From contig CAYWJS010000001.1 of the NCBI GenBank assembly GCA_964458855.1, positions 170,927 through 234,926 on the forward strand: a stretch of DNA of 64,000 nucleotides, read 5' to 3'. The translations under genes and the position numbers were made by a program. Of the stretch, positions 10,968 to 21,045 are shown piece after piece; position 1 is the stretch's first letter, and each line of letters opens with the position of its first letter. The DNA is from an uncultured Erysipelotrichia bacterium (lineage in GTDB: Bacteria; Bacillota_I; Bacilli_A; CAYWJS01). The notes beneath the pieces were generated by a model. It was not told the origin of the DNA. It made no database searches and saw nothing but the letters and a program-made list of their open reading frames with translations.

Positions 10968-13307
10968 ATGTTTGGAAACTTTTCCGAGAAAGCACAAAAA
11001 GCCTTAGCACTCTCAAAATTAGAAATGGTGGAATTAAAACATCCTTATATTGGAACCGAGCATTTATTACTTGGAATTTTAAAAGAAGGAAAAAATAAAG
11101 TATCTGATTTGCTTTCTAAATATGGAGTAACTTATGAGAAATTTCGAAAAGAAATAATAAGTAAAGTTGGTGTTGGTAGTGATAAAACAGATCTTTTTAT
11201 TTATACGCCATTATTAAAAAAAATTATAGAAGGCGCGATTTTAGATAGTAAAGATGATGATGGAATAGTTCTTTTAGAACACCTATTTTTAAACCTTTTA
11301 CATCAAGGAGAAGGAGTAAGTTTTAGAATTTTAATGGAAATGGGAGTTGATATAAATCGTTTGTATAAAGAACTTAAAGAAAAAACTAGTATTGGCGAGA
11401 AAAAATTTTTTAAACAAAAAAGTTTACTTTCTGAATTAGTAGAAGATTTTACGGAAAAAGCAAAAAACTCAGAATTTGATCCAGTTATTGGAAGAGAAAA
11501 AGAGCTTCAAAGAATTATTGAAATATTATTAAGAAGAATCAAGAATAATCCTATTTTAATAGGTGAGGCAGGAGTAGGAAAAACAGCAATTGTAGAAGAG
11601 TTAAGCCGAATGATTGTAAAAGGAGAAGTCCCTGAAAATTTACAGGGAAAAAGGGTTCTGAGTTTAAATATGGCAAATATTGTGGCAGGAACAAAATATC
11701 GTGGTGAATTTGAAGAAAAAGTTAGAAAGATTTTAGATGAAATAGAAAATGATCCAGATATTATTTTATTCATTGATGAAATCCATACAATTGTGGGGGC
11801 GGGAGGAGCAGAAGGGGCAATTGATGCTTCAAATATTTTTAAACCCGCACTTTCACGTGGGAAGATAAAATGTATTGGTGCAACAACAATTGATGAGTAC
11901 CGAAAGTTTATTGAAAAAGATGGTGCACTTGATCGTCGTTTTCAAAAAGTATTAATAAAAGAGCCCGATGAAAAAACAACAAAAGAAATAATTTATAAAT
12001 TAAAACCAATTTATGAATCATACCATTCAGTAAAAATTCCTGATGAGGTACTTGAAAATATTGTAAAGTTTAGTAGTCGTTATTTTGGTGACAGAAGGTT
12101 TCCAGATAAAGCAATTGATCTTTTAGATGAGGCGTGTGCAAGAGTGATAGTAAATAAAAATCATAAAATAGAAGAGCTAATTGCTTTAGAAAAGGAATTG
12201 GAATATATTCAAGGTCTAAAAAAACAAGCAGTAATAAATCAAGATTTTTTAAAAGCAACGGAATATCGAAATAAAGAAAAAATAATTTTAAGTAAATATA
12301 ATGAACTTAGTTTTAAGAAAATAAAAAAGAAAAAACCAAAAGTTGTAAGTCGTGATGTTGCAAGTGTGGTATATGAAGCAACTGGGGTTCCTATTTATGA
12401 AATATTAAAATTTCGAAAAACTGATATAAAAAGTTTAGAAAAAAAATTAAAGTCTGATATTATTGGGCAAGATCATGTTATTAATAAATTATTATTACTT
12501 GTAAAACGAATAAAGCTAGGACTTATTCCAGAGGAAAAGCCACCAGTATTAATGTTTTTAGGAAATACTGGTGTTGGAAAAACAGAAACCGCCAAAAAAC
12601 TCTCAGAGCATATGTTTGGAAAAAATAGTTTAATTAGACTTGATATGAGTGAATATAAAGAAAGTTATACAATAAGTAAAATTATTGGTGCTCCTCCTGG
12701 TTATGTCGGTTATGATGATAAAAACTCATTTTTAGAACAAGTTCGTATTAGTCCTTATTCTGTAATTTTGCTTGATGAATTTGAAAAAGCACATCCTGAA
12801 GTTTTAGATATATTTTTAAGAATTTTTTCTGAAGGGAAAATAAAAGATATTAGAGACAAAGAAGTAGATTTTAGAAATACAATAATTATTATTACAGCAA
12901 ATATTAATCCAAAACTCTTAAAAGGAAAAGATTTAGGGTTTATTAATACTACAGATGATAAGAAAATAGATAAATCTTTAAAAGAAATATTTAAACCAGA
13001 ATTAGTTAATCGAATTGATGATATTATTCTTTTTAATAATTTAGAAAGAAGTGACTTAATTAAAATTGCTAAAAAAGAAATTAATAAAATAAAGGAGATG
13101 TTTTTAAAAAGAGGAATAAGTATTAATATTAGTGATGAAGTAATAGAAAAAATAGTTGATGAATCTAATTATAAAGAATATGGTGTTCGGGATTTAAAAC
13201 GTTTAATTCAAAAAGAAATAGAAGATAAAATAATAGATTTAATAATTGAGGATAATAATATAGATAAAATAAATATTAAATACCAAGGAGAATTTCTTTT
13301 TAATTAG
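10968..13307 (+). CDS. clpC: ATP-dependent Clp protease ATP-binding subunit ClpC-like
   Basis: Clp_N repeats, two AAA modules (GEAGVGKT, GNTGVGKT) and a UVR-like middle motif. Confidence 0.9.
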   Translation: MFGNFSEKAQKALALSKLEMVELKHPYIGTEHLLLGILKEGKNKVSDLLSKYGVTYEKFRKEIISKVGVGSDKTDLFIYTPLLKKIIEGAILDSKDDDGIVLLEHLFLNLLHQGEGVSFRILMEMGVDINRLYKELKEKTSIGEKKFFKQKSLLSELVEDFTEKAKNSEFDPVIGREKELQRIIEILLRRIKNNPILIGEAGVGKTAIVEELSRMIVKGEVPENLQGKRVLSLNMANIVAGTKYRGEFEEKVRKILDEIENDPDIILFIDEIHTIVGAGGAEGAIDASNIFKPALSRGKIKCIGATTIDEYRKFIEKDGALDRRFQKVLIKEPDEKTTKEIIYKLKPIYESYHSVKIPDEVLENIVKFSSRYFGDRRFPDKAIDLLDEACARVIVNKNHKIEELIALEKELEYIQGLKKQAVINQDFLKATEYRNKEKIILSKYNELSFKKIKKKKPKVVSRDVASVVYEATGVPIYEILKFRKTDIKSLEKKLKSDIIGQDHVINKLLLLVKRIKLGLIPEEKPPVLMFLGNTGVGKTETAKKLSEHMFGKNSLIRLDMSEYKESYTISKIIGAPPGYVGYDDKNSFLEQVRISPYSVILLDEFEKAHPEVLDIFLRIFSEGKIKDIRDKEVDFRNTIIIITANINPKLLKGKDLGFINTTDDKKIDKSLKEIFKPELVNRIDDIILFNNLERSDLIKIAKKEINKIKEMFLKRGISINISDEVIEKIVDESNYKEYGVRDLKRLIQKEIEDKIIDLIIEDNNIDKINIKYQGEFLFN

Positions 13308-13335
13308 AAGATTGCGTAAGCAATCTTTTTATTTT
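13308..13335 (+). terminator. Intrinsic terminator after clpC
   Basis: AAGATTGC-gtaa-GCAATCTT followed by tttatttt. Confidence 0.75.
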
Positions 13336-13388
13336 ACAATTATTAATATAATTTTACACAGTAAGTAGCAAATTAAGGCGGTGGCTTA

Positions 13389-14186
13389 GTGGAAACTAGA
13401 TTAGATATTGAATTAGTGAATCGCGGTCTTTTGAAAACAAGAGCCAAAGCAAAAGAAGCAATAATTGCGGGGAAAATTATTTGTAATGGTAAAGTTGTTA
13501 CAAAACCAAGTACATTAGTAAAAGATAATGATAAAATTGAAATTTTTGGGAATCTGATGCCATACGTTTCAAAAGGTGGATTAAAACTTGAAAAAGCAAT
13601 TAATTATTTTAAGGTAGAACTTGAAAACAAGATAATGTTAGATATCGGTTCTTCAACAGGAGGTTTTACTGACTGTGCTCTCCAATATGGTATTAAACAT
13701 GTTATAGCAGTTGATGTAGGAACCAATCAAATGGATCCAAATTTAAGAAAAAATGAAAAGATTACTTTATTTGAACAAACAGATTTTCGAAAGATGAACA
13801 ATGATTTACTTGTTGGTGTTGATATTATTACCATTGATGTCTCTTTTATTTCAGTTAAATTATTGCTTCCCAAAATAAGTAAGTTAAAAGCTGTTGAAGA
13901 AATAATTTGTTTAGTTAAACCACAATTTGAATGTGGAAAAGAATTAGCACGAAAATACAAAGGAATCATTTTGGATAAGAATATTCATTATAATGTTATT
14001 GAAGATGTGATTTGTAGTTTTAAAAAAATTAATTACTATTGTCATGGCTTAACATATTCACCAATTCAAGGTGGCGATGGTAATATTGAATATTTATCTT
14101 ATTTTAAAAATATGGTTGGTAGTCCAATTAATATAAAAAGTGTAGTGGATGAAGCTTTTTATGAGTTGTTAGAAAAGCAAAAATAA
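13389..14186 (+). CDS. tlyA: TlyA-family rRNA 2'-O-methyltransferase (S4 plus FtsJ domains)
   Basis: GTG start after AAGGCGGTGG. S4-like N-terminus (RLDIELVNRGL..R.KA), SAM motif DIGSSTGGFTD and QGGDGNIEYL. Confidence 0.85.
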   Translation: METRLDIELVNRGLLKTRAKAKEAIIAGKIICNGKVVTKPSTLVKDNDKIEIFGNLMPYVSKGGLKLEKAINYFKVELENKIMLDIGSSTGGFTDCALQYGIKHVIAVDVGTNQMDPNLRKNEKITLFEQTDFRKMNNDLLVGVDIITIDVSFISVKLLLPKISKLKAVEEIICLVKPQFECGKELARKYKGIILDKNIHYNVIEDVICSFKKINYYCHGLTYSPIQGGDGNIEYLSYFKNMVGSPINIKSVVDEAFYELLEKQK

Positions 14187-14215
14187 AAGTTAGTTAAAAA
14201 CTTATACAAACATTA

Positions 14216-14246
14216 AAATATGCTTATTTAATAAGTATATTTTTAT
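14216..14246 (+). terminator. Probable terminator after tlyA
   Basis: AT-rich hairpin atatgcttatt/aataagtatat (one G-U pair) followed by ttttatt. Confidence 0.45.
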
Positions 14247-14332
14247 TATGATAAAATCTTCTAATAAAAGATTGTTTGCTGTTGTTTGTTATTTATAATA
14301 AAATAAGTGTGAGATAAAGGTGGTGTATTTTT

Positions 14333-16201
14333 TTGGATGTAACAAAAATAAAAGATCCCAAATTTTTAAAGGATATGGATGAAAAGGAATTAACTAAATT
14401 TAGTAATGAAATAAGAAATTTTTTAATAGAAAGTCTTTCAAAAACAGGAGGACATATTAGTTCAAATTTAGGAATAGTGGAATTAACTATTGCATTACAT
14501 AAAGTTTTCGATAGTCCTAATGATAAATTTATTTTTGATGTTGGTCATCAGACTTATGTTCATAAAATTTTAACAGGACGCGCAAAAGATTTTCATACAC
14601 TTCGGCAATATAAAGGGTTGTGTGGTTTTCCTAAAAAAAGTGAAAGTAAACATGATGTTTGGGAAACGGGACATAGTTCTACCTCACTTTCAGCAGCAAT
14701 AGGAATGGCGGTTGCACGTGACTTGAGGGGAACAAATGAATTTATTATTCCAATTATTGGTGACGGTGCCTTAACTGGTGGAATGGCTTATGAAGCCTTA
14801 AACCATATTGGTAATGAAGGCCGTAATATAATTGTGATTTTAAATGATAATGAAATGTCGATTGCTCCTAATGTTGGTGCAATTCATGGGGTTTTAACGA
14901 AACTTAGGACAGCAGAAAGATATAACAAGTTAAAAGAAGAATTAGAAAGTTTTCTGCGTTCAATACCAAAAATTGGAGATTCGCTTGCTGCACGAATTGA
15001 ACGTTTTAAAGATAGTATTAAATACTTATTTGTTGCAGGTATGTTTTTTGAAGATATGGGATTTACTTATCTTGGTCCAGTTGATGGGCATTCATTTCAT
15101 GATTTAATTGAAACTTTAAATTATGCAAAAAAGATAAAAGGACCGGTTATTGTTCATGTTTTAACAAAAAAGGGAAAAGGTTATATTCCGGCAGAAAATG
15201 ATAAGGTTGGGCACTGGCATGGTGCTGGGCCTTATAAAATTGAAACAGGGGATATGACAAAAACAGGAAAAGATTTTATTAGCTGGAGTGAAGTTGTAAG
15301 TAACGAAGTATTAAGGGAAGCAGGGAAAAATAAAAAAATAGTTGCTATTACTCCAGCAATGAAATTAGGTTCAAAACTTGAAAAATTTGCTGAAGAGTTT
15401 CCAGATCGTTTCTTTGATGTTGGAATTGCGGAAGAACACGCAATAACTTTTGCAGGTGGTCTTGCTGAAAGTGGATTTCATCCTTTTGTAGCAATTTATT
15501 CAACGTTTTTGCAACGTGCATACGATCAAATATTACATGATATTTGTAGACAAAACCTACCTGTTCTTATTGGAATTGATAGAAGCGGGCTTGTAGGGGC
15601 CGATGGAGAAACGCATCACGGGGTGTTTGATATAGCATTTCTTCGTCATATTCCAAATATTATAATTATGATGCCAAAAGATATACGAGAATGTAATAAT
15701 ATGATTTATACAGCTTTTCGCACAAACTCTCCAGTTGCCATTCGTTTTCCGCGTGGTAGTGTAAAAAGAGAAAAAGAAATTAAAACAAGAAAGAAGATTC
15801 CAATTGGTAAATGGGAAGTTTTATGTGAAGGAGAAGATATTGTAATTTTAGCATTTGGTCCAATGCTGGAACTTGCTTTCAAAGCAAAGAAACATTTAGC
15901 AAAAGAGAATATTTCAGTTTGTGTAATTAATGCTCGTTTCATAAAACCACTAGATGAAGAACTACTTTTCAATCTTGGAAAAAAAGAAGTGCCTATTTTA
16001 ACTATTGAAGAAAGTATTTTACATGGTGGTTTTGGAAGTGCTGTTTTAGAATTTTTAAGTGATAATAATTTTTCTAATAAAGTAGGAAGAATTGGAATTC
16101 CGGATTGTTTTGTTGCTCATGGTGATAATAAAAGTCTTTTAAAAGAACTTGGTATTACAAAAGAAAAAATAATAAAGAAGATTAAAGAACTTTTAAAATA
16201 G
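14333..16201 (+). CDS. dxs: 1-deoxy-D-xylulose-5-phosphate synthase
   Basis: TTG start after AAGGTGGTG. TPP motifs [10 protein letters not shown] and [15 protein letters not shown], plus transketolase-like middle and C-terminal domains. Confidence 0.9.
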   Translation: MDVTKIKDPKFLKDMDEKELTKFSNEIRNFLIESLSKTGGHISSNLGIVELTIALHKVFDSPNDKFIFDVGHQTYVHKILTGRAKDFHTLRQYKGLCGFPKKSESKHDVWETGHSSTSLSAAIGMAVARDLRGTNEFIIPIIGDGALTGGMAYEALNHIGNEGRNIIVILNDNEMSIAPNVGAIHGVLTKLRTAERYNKLKEELESFLRSIPKIGDSLAARIERFKDSIKYLFVAGMFFEDMGFTYLGPVDGHSFHDLIETLNYAKKIKGPVIVHVLTKKGKGYIPAENDKVGHWHGAGPYKIETGDMTKTGKDFISWSEVVSNEVLREAGKNKKIVAITPAMKLGSKLEKFAEEFPDRFFDVGIAEEHAITFAGGLAESGFHPFVAIYSTFLQRAYDQILHDICRQNLPVLIGIDRSGLVGADGETHHGVFDIAFLRHIPNIIIMMPKDIRECNNMIYTAFRTNSPVAIRFPRGSVKREKEIKTRKKIPIGKWEVLCEGEDIVILAFGPMLELAFKAKKHLAKENISVCVINARFIKPLDEELLFNLGKKEVPILTIEESILHGGFGSAVLEFLSDNNFSNKVGRIGIPDCFVAHGDNKSLLKELGITKEKIIKKIKELLK

Positions 16202-16245
16202 TAGAATTACTTTTTATTATTTATTTTTTGTTGTAAAATATAAAT

Positions 16246-17484
16246 ATGAGAAATTTTTATGAAAAGAGGGATAAAGTGGCTAGTGATGAATTTGGAAAAA
16301 TAAAAGATCATATTACAAAAATTAGATTAGAAAAAAAGTATACATTAATTGCTTTTTATGTATTAATGACATTATTTCTTGGTTATATTGGTTACTTAAT
16401 TGTAGAAAATATTATTATTGATTATTTATTTGTTGGTTTAGTAAATACTTTTGGGAAAATAATAAAGGCATTTCAACCATTATTAATTGGAATAATAATT
16501 GCGTATATTTTATATCCACTAATGAATTTTTATGAGAAAAAATTAAAAGAATTAGAACATAATTTTTGGAAGAAAAATGCGAGATTAATTGCCACTTTAG
16601 GTGCGGTTTTTACATTAGTTTTTATTATTCTTGCATTTATCTATGGTGCATATTTGATGATTGGAGGCAGTGTTGGTCAATTTGATCTTTCTAATATTGA
16701 TGAAATTATAAAAAACATTTCAAAATCTTTATCAGATACTTTTGGTGAATTTAGTCGTATTTTTGGGATGCAAGTTGGAGTTGAAAATGCCTTTTCTGGA
16801 GTTAATGATTTTATTAATGGTATTTTTGCCGGATTTCTTAAATTTATAAATTCACTTGTAACTCTTATAATATCAATAGTATTTGCAGTCTTTATTCTTC
16901 TTGATCATGAATATTTGCGAGCATTGCTTATAAATTTAAGAAGATTAATTTTTGGCCGCGAAAAATTTACTGACCGTGGACTTCTTGCTGAAATTGATTT
17001 GGTTTTAAGAAGATATATAAGAGTAATATTTTATGATTTAACAATTCTAGCGATTATAACTTCTTTTGGGCTTGCAATAATTGGTCTTCCATATTCAATT
17101 ATTCTTGGTATTTTTGCAAGTTATACTAACATCATTCCTTATATAGGTTCAATTATTGGGGCAATTCCAGCATTTATTATTGGTCTTGCTTATGGGGATT
17201 TAGGTTATGCAATTTTTGTATTTATTTATCTTTTAGCTGTTCAACAAGTTCATATTTCCTTTATTTCACCAAAAATTCAAGCTGATGGAAATCATGTTAA
17301 CCCAGTGTTTATTCTTCTTGGTCTTTCAGTTTTTGGTGCTCTTTGGGGAATTTGGGGATTGATTGTGGCAATACCTTTAACAGCAGTTATTCAGGCAATG
17401 ATAATTAGGCTTGTAAATTATATAGTTCAAAAAAGAAAAGTAAAATTAATTGATTTAGAAGAAGTAAGGAAAAACAAAGCATGA
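16246..17484 (+). CDS. AI-2E family transporter (UPF0118/PerM-like permease)
   Basis: Polytopic membrane protein with the family-typical C-terminal half (IPYIGSIIGAIPA...). Confidence 0.8.
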   Translation: MRNFYEKRDKVASDEFGKIKDHITKIRLEKKYTLIAFYVLMTLFLGYIGYLIVENIIIDYLFVGLVNTFGKIIKAFQPLLIGIIIAYILYPLMNFYEKKLKELEHNFWKKNARLIATLGAVFTLVFIILAFIYGAYLMIGGSVGQFDLSNIDEIIKNISKSLSDTFGEFSRIFGMQVGVENAFSGVNDFINGIFAGFLKFINSLVTLIISIVFAVFILLDHEYLRALLINLRRLIFGREKFTDRGLLAEIDLVLRRYIRVIFYDLTILAIITSFGLAIIGLPYSIILGIFASYTNIIPYIGSIIGAIPAFIIGLAYGDLGYAIFVFIYLLAVQQVHISFISPKIQADGNHVNPVFILLGLSVFGALWGIWGLIVAIPLTAVIQAMIIRLVNYIVQKRKVKLIDLEEVRKNKA

Positions 17485-17507
17485 TTTTTTAAAAAAATCA
17501 TGCTTTT
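17476..17507 (+). terminator. Intrinsic terminator after the AI-2E transporter gene
   Basis: aaaGCATGATTTTT-taa-AAAAATCATGCttt spanning the stop codon. Confidence 0.7.
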
Positions 17508-17558
17508 AGTTTATTCTTTTTATAACTTTTAATATGATATAATAAAAGTGGTGATAAT

Positions 17559-18965
17559 ATGAAAATTTATAATACGCTAACAAAAGAAGTAGAAGAGTTT
17601 ATTCCCCGTGATAAAAAGGAAGTAAAAATGTATACTTGTGGTCCAACTGTTTATAATTATGCACACATTGGAAACCTAAGAACATACATTTTTGAAGATG
17701 TTTTAGAAAAAACTTTAACTTATTTAGGTTATAAAGTAAAACGAGTTATGAATATTACTGATGTTGGGCATATGACTAGTGATGCTGATGAAGGCGAAGA
17801 TAAAATGATTTTAACTGCAAAAAAAGAAAAGAAAACAATAGAAGAAATTGCTGCATATTATACAGAAGCATTTTTTCGTGATTTAGAAAAATTAAATATT
17901 AAAAAACCAGAGATAATAGTTAAGGCATCAGATGAAATACCTTTTTATATTGAAATAATTGAAGAGTTACTAAAAAAAGGTTATGCATATGAAGCAGGCG
18001 GAAATGTTTATTTTGATGTAAGTAAAATTCCCGATTATTATGTTTTATCAGGAAAAAACAAAGAAGATTTATTGATTGGAGCAAGAGAAGATGTAACAAT
18101 GGATCCAAACAAGAGAAATCCTCATGATTTTGGATTGTGGTTTACACATTCAAAATATGAAAAGCATCTTCTAGAGTGGGACTCACCATGGGGAAAAGGA
18201 TATCCTGGTTGGCATATTGAATGTTCAGGGATTGGAATAAAATATTTAGGGGATAAAATAGATGTTCATTGTGGTGGTGTTGACAATATTTTTCCACATC
18301 ATTCAAATGAAATTGCTCAATCAAATGCTTATTTAGATTATAAGTGGTGTAATTATTGGGTGCACGGAGAACACTTAAATGACAAAACAGGAAAAATGAG
18401 TAAATCTAAGGGTGAGTTTTTAACGCTTTCTCTACTTGAAGAAAAAGGATATGATCCACTTATTTATCGTTTTTTCTGTTTAAATTCACATTATAGAAAG
18501 CAACTTGTATTTACATATGAATCACTTGATCAAGCAAGTAATGCTTATAAAAAGTTAAAAAATAGAATTAAAAATATTGAAGGTGATGATTCGCCGCTTT
18601 TAGAAGAAAAAATCAAATTTTATCAAAATAAATTTAAAGAAGAAATTAGTGATGATTTAAGTACTGCAAATGCTTTAACTTTAGTTTTTGAAGTGTTAAA
18701 AGATGAAGAATTAAATAATAACACAAAGAGATATTTAATAAATGATTTTGATCAAGTTTTATCACTTGATTTATTAACAGGTGAAGAAGATTTAAGCCCA
18801 GAATTTATTGAAGAAATAGAAGCTTTAATTTCTGAAAGAAATGAAGCAAAGAAAAATAAAAATTATGAAAAAGCAGATAAAATTCGTGATGAACTTTTGA
18901 AAAAAGGAATTCAAATTAAAGACTATCGTGATTATACTGCTTGGGAAGTAATTAAAAAGGTATGA
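17559..18965 (+). CDS. cysS: Cysteine--tRNA ligase
   Basis: Class I HIGN and KMSKS motifs, and WHIECS. Confidence 0.95.
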   Translation: MKIYNTLTKEVEEFIPRDKKEVKMYTCGPTVYNYAHIGNLRTYIFEDVLEKTLTYLGYKVKRVMNITDVGHMTSDADEGEDKMILTAKKEKKTIEEIAAYYTEAFFRDLEKLNIKKPEIIVKASDEIPFYIEIIEELLKKGYAYEAGGNVYFDVSKIPDYYVLSGKNKEDLLIGAREDVTMDPNKRNPHDFGLWFTHSKYEKHLLEWDSPWGKGYPGWHIECSGIGIKYLGDKIDVHCGGVDNIFPHHSNEIAQSNAYLDYKWCNYWVHGEHLNDKTGKMSKSKGEFLTLSLLEEKGYDPLIYRFFCLNSHYRKQLVFTYESLDQASNAYKKLKNRIKNIEGDDSPLLEEKIKFYQNKFKEEISDDLSTANALTLVFEVLKDEELNNNTKRYLINDFDQVLSLDLLTGEEDLSPEFIEEIEALISERNEAKKNKNYEKADKIRDELLKKGIQIKDYRDYTAWEVIKKV

Positions 18966-18970
18966 TTAAA

Positions 18971-19342
18971 ATGGGGGAAAATATAACAGCTTTAGCATTT
19001 CTTGGTGATGCGGTTTATGAGTTGTGTATTCGTGAAAAATTAATTCAAAAAGGAATTTTTAAACCAAATACTTTAAAGAAAGAATCAATAAAATATGTAA
19101 GTGCTGAAGCACAAAACAAAATTTTCTTAAATCTAAATTCAAATAATTTTTTTACAGAAGAAGAAATGGAAATTACCAAAAGAGGAAGAAATGCTAAAGT
19201 AAAACATAGAATAAAAGGTGATGTTATAGCATATCACAATGCAACAGGGTTTGAAGCCTTATTTGGATACTTATATTTAAAAGGAGATAAAAAACGAATT
19301 GAAGAAATTATTGATATAATAATAGGAGGTAGCAATGATTAA
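18971..19342 (+). CDS. mrnC: Mini-ribonuclease 3
   Basis: LAFLGDAVYEL motif and conserved position after cysS. ATG 18971 is preferred, but 18962 is possible. Confidence 0.8.
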   Translation: MGENITALAFLGDAVYELCIREKLIQKGIFKPNTLKKESIKYVSAEAQNKIFLNLNSNNFFTEEEMEITKRGRNAKVKHRIKGDVIAYHNATGFEALFGYLYLKGDKKRIEEIIDIIIGGSND

Positions 19343-20162
19343 AGAAATTAAAAAAGAAGCAAAAGAAATAGTTCATAAAAATATAGTGAATTTTATTGAA
19401 CTCGAAGCATTTGCGCTAATATTTTTAATTGTTTTTTCTATCCTTACTTTTTTTACTGGAACCTTATTTTTAATCGGTCCCTTTTTAGTTGGGATATCGT
19501 ATGTTTATATGAAAGTTGTGCGTGATAATGAATTTGATTTAAGGAATTTCTTTTATGGTTTTGAAAATAAAAATGCAGTAAGTAATGTATTTACAGAATT
19601 TTGGAAAAATATTTTCATTCTTGCTTGGTCATTATTACTTATTGTTCCAGGAATTATTAAATCTTTATCATATGCAATGACTCCTTACGTTTTAGCGGAT
19701 GATAATAAAATAAAAACAAGATCAGCACTCAGAAAAAGTAAATTAATGATGACCGGTTATAAAATGGAATTATTTAAATTAAACCTATCTTTTATTGGTT
19801 GGTGGTTTTTAGTATTTCTTACTCTAGGATTAGCACTTTTTTATGTGTCAGCTTATTATCGAGTAGCAACTTTTCTCTTTTATGAAAAAATAAAAGGAAA
19901 TTTCGAAGAAGAAGAGAATAAAGAAGAAGAGGCTGAAGTACAACTGCAAGATAAAAAGGAAGTGCGACAAGAAAAGAAGAATAAAAAGAAAAAAGAACAA
20001 AAAGGTAAAAAAGAAAAAGTAAAAGAGAAAAAGGTTAAAGAAAAGAAGACAAAAGTGAAACCACCGAAAGAGAGAAAACGAAAAGAGAAAAAAACGAAAG
20101 ATAAAAAGAAAAGGAAAGAGAAAAAAACAAAAAGAGGTGTGAAGGATGCTGAAAGTAGATAA
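19335..20162 (+). CDS. DUF975-family membrane protein with a ~80-aa Lys-rich tail
   Basis: DUF975-like TM core (WSLLLIVPGIIKSLSYAMTPYVL). The tail consists of KKEKK-type repeats from about nt 19895. Confidence 0.7.
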   Translation: MIKEIKKEAKEIVHKNIVNFIELEAFALIFLIVFSILTFFTGTLFLIGPFLVGISYVYMKVVRDNEFDLRNFFYGFENKNAVSNVFTEFWKNIFILAWSLLLIVPGIIKSLSYAMTPYVLADDNKIKTRSALRKSKLMMTGYKMELFKLNLSFIGWWFLVFLTLGLALFYVSAYYRVATFLFYEKIKGNFEEEENKEEEAEVQLQDKKEVRQEKKNKKKKEQKGKKEKVKEKKVKEKKTKVKPPKERKRKEKKTKDKKKRKEKKTKRGVKDAESR

Positions 20163-21045
20163 TGTTGTTAAATATTACGGTGATTTCCTAGCAGTTGATG
20201 GAGTTTCATTTGAAGTAAAAGAAGGAGAAATATTTGGATTGCTAGGTGTTAACGGGGCGGGAAAAACAACAATTTTTCGAATGATTATGGGACTTTTAGA
20301 ACCAACAAGTGGTAATATTACATATCGAGGAAAACCAATCGATTATACTGTTACTGATGAAATTGGTTTTTTAACTGAAGAACGTAGCCTTTTAACAAAA
20401 CTTACTGTTAAAGAGCAAGCTCTTTTCTACGGAAATTTAAAAGGAATGAATGATCAAGAAATTTTAGAAAGGCTTGACTACTTGCTTCAAAGATTTATGA
20501 TTAGTGAATACAAAGAACGTAAGATAAAAGAATTATCAAAGGGAAATCAACAAAAAATTCAGTTTATTATGTCAATTTTAAATAAACCAAAGCTTTTAAT
20601 TTTAGACGAACCTTTTGCCGGACTAGATCCAATGAATGTAGAACTTTTTAAAGAAGTTATTAAGGAACTTCAAAGTGAAGGTTCAATTATAATTTTTTCA
20701 AGCCACCGTATGGAGCATGTAGAACTTTTTTGTGAAAAACTAACAATTTTAGTAAAAGGAAAAGCAGTTATTCAAGGTTATTTAACTGATATAAAACGGG
20801 ACTTTAGACAAAAGAATATTTTTATTCAAGGTGACGTAAAGAAGACAGAATTAGAAAAAATTGAAGGTGTAAAAAAAGTTATTAAAAATGTTAATGAATT
20901 TGAAGTAAGGGTTAGTGATGAAACAAAGATTAATAATGTTTTTGATTATGTAAAGACTTGTTCAAATATTACTAAGTTTGAAGTTAGAGAACCGTCTTTA
21001 AATGAAATCTTTATTGCTAAAGTAGGTGTTAAATATGAAAAATAA
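20146..21045 (+). CDS. ABC transporter ATP-binding protein (ABC-2/NatA-like)
   Basis: Walker A GVNGAGKTT, signature LSKGNQQK and Walker B LLILDEP. Confidence 0.85.
   Translation: MLKVDNVVKYYGDFLAVDGVSFEVKEGEIFGLLGVNGAGKTTIFRMIMGLLEPTSGNITYRGKPIDYTVTDEIGFLTEERSLLTKLTVKEQALFYGNLKGMNDQEILERLDYLLQRFMISEYKERKIKELSKGNQQKIQFIMSILNKPKLLILDEPFAGLDPMNVELFKEVIKELQSEGSIIIFSSHRMEHVELFCEKLTILVKGKAVIQGYLTDIKRDFRQKNIFIQGDVKKTELEKIEGVKKVIKNVNEFEVRVSDETKINNVFDYVKTCSNITKFEVREPSLNEIFIAKVGVKYEK

Noticed and set aside
17485-17558. Possible T-box leader upstream of cysS (and of lysS)
   Set aside because: The spacer is only ~74 nt and is largely occupied by the upstream terminator. lysS overlaps dusB. No T-box sequence (GGTGGTACCGCG-like) was seen.
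19900-20130. AAG/AAA-rich repeats considered as a tandem DNA repeat or CRISPR-like array
   Set aside because: The tract is irregular coding low-complexity sequence within the DUF975 ORF. No spacer/repeat periodicity is visible, and no CRISPR array was seen anywhere in the window.
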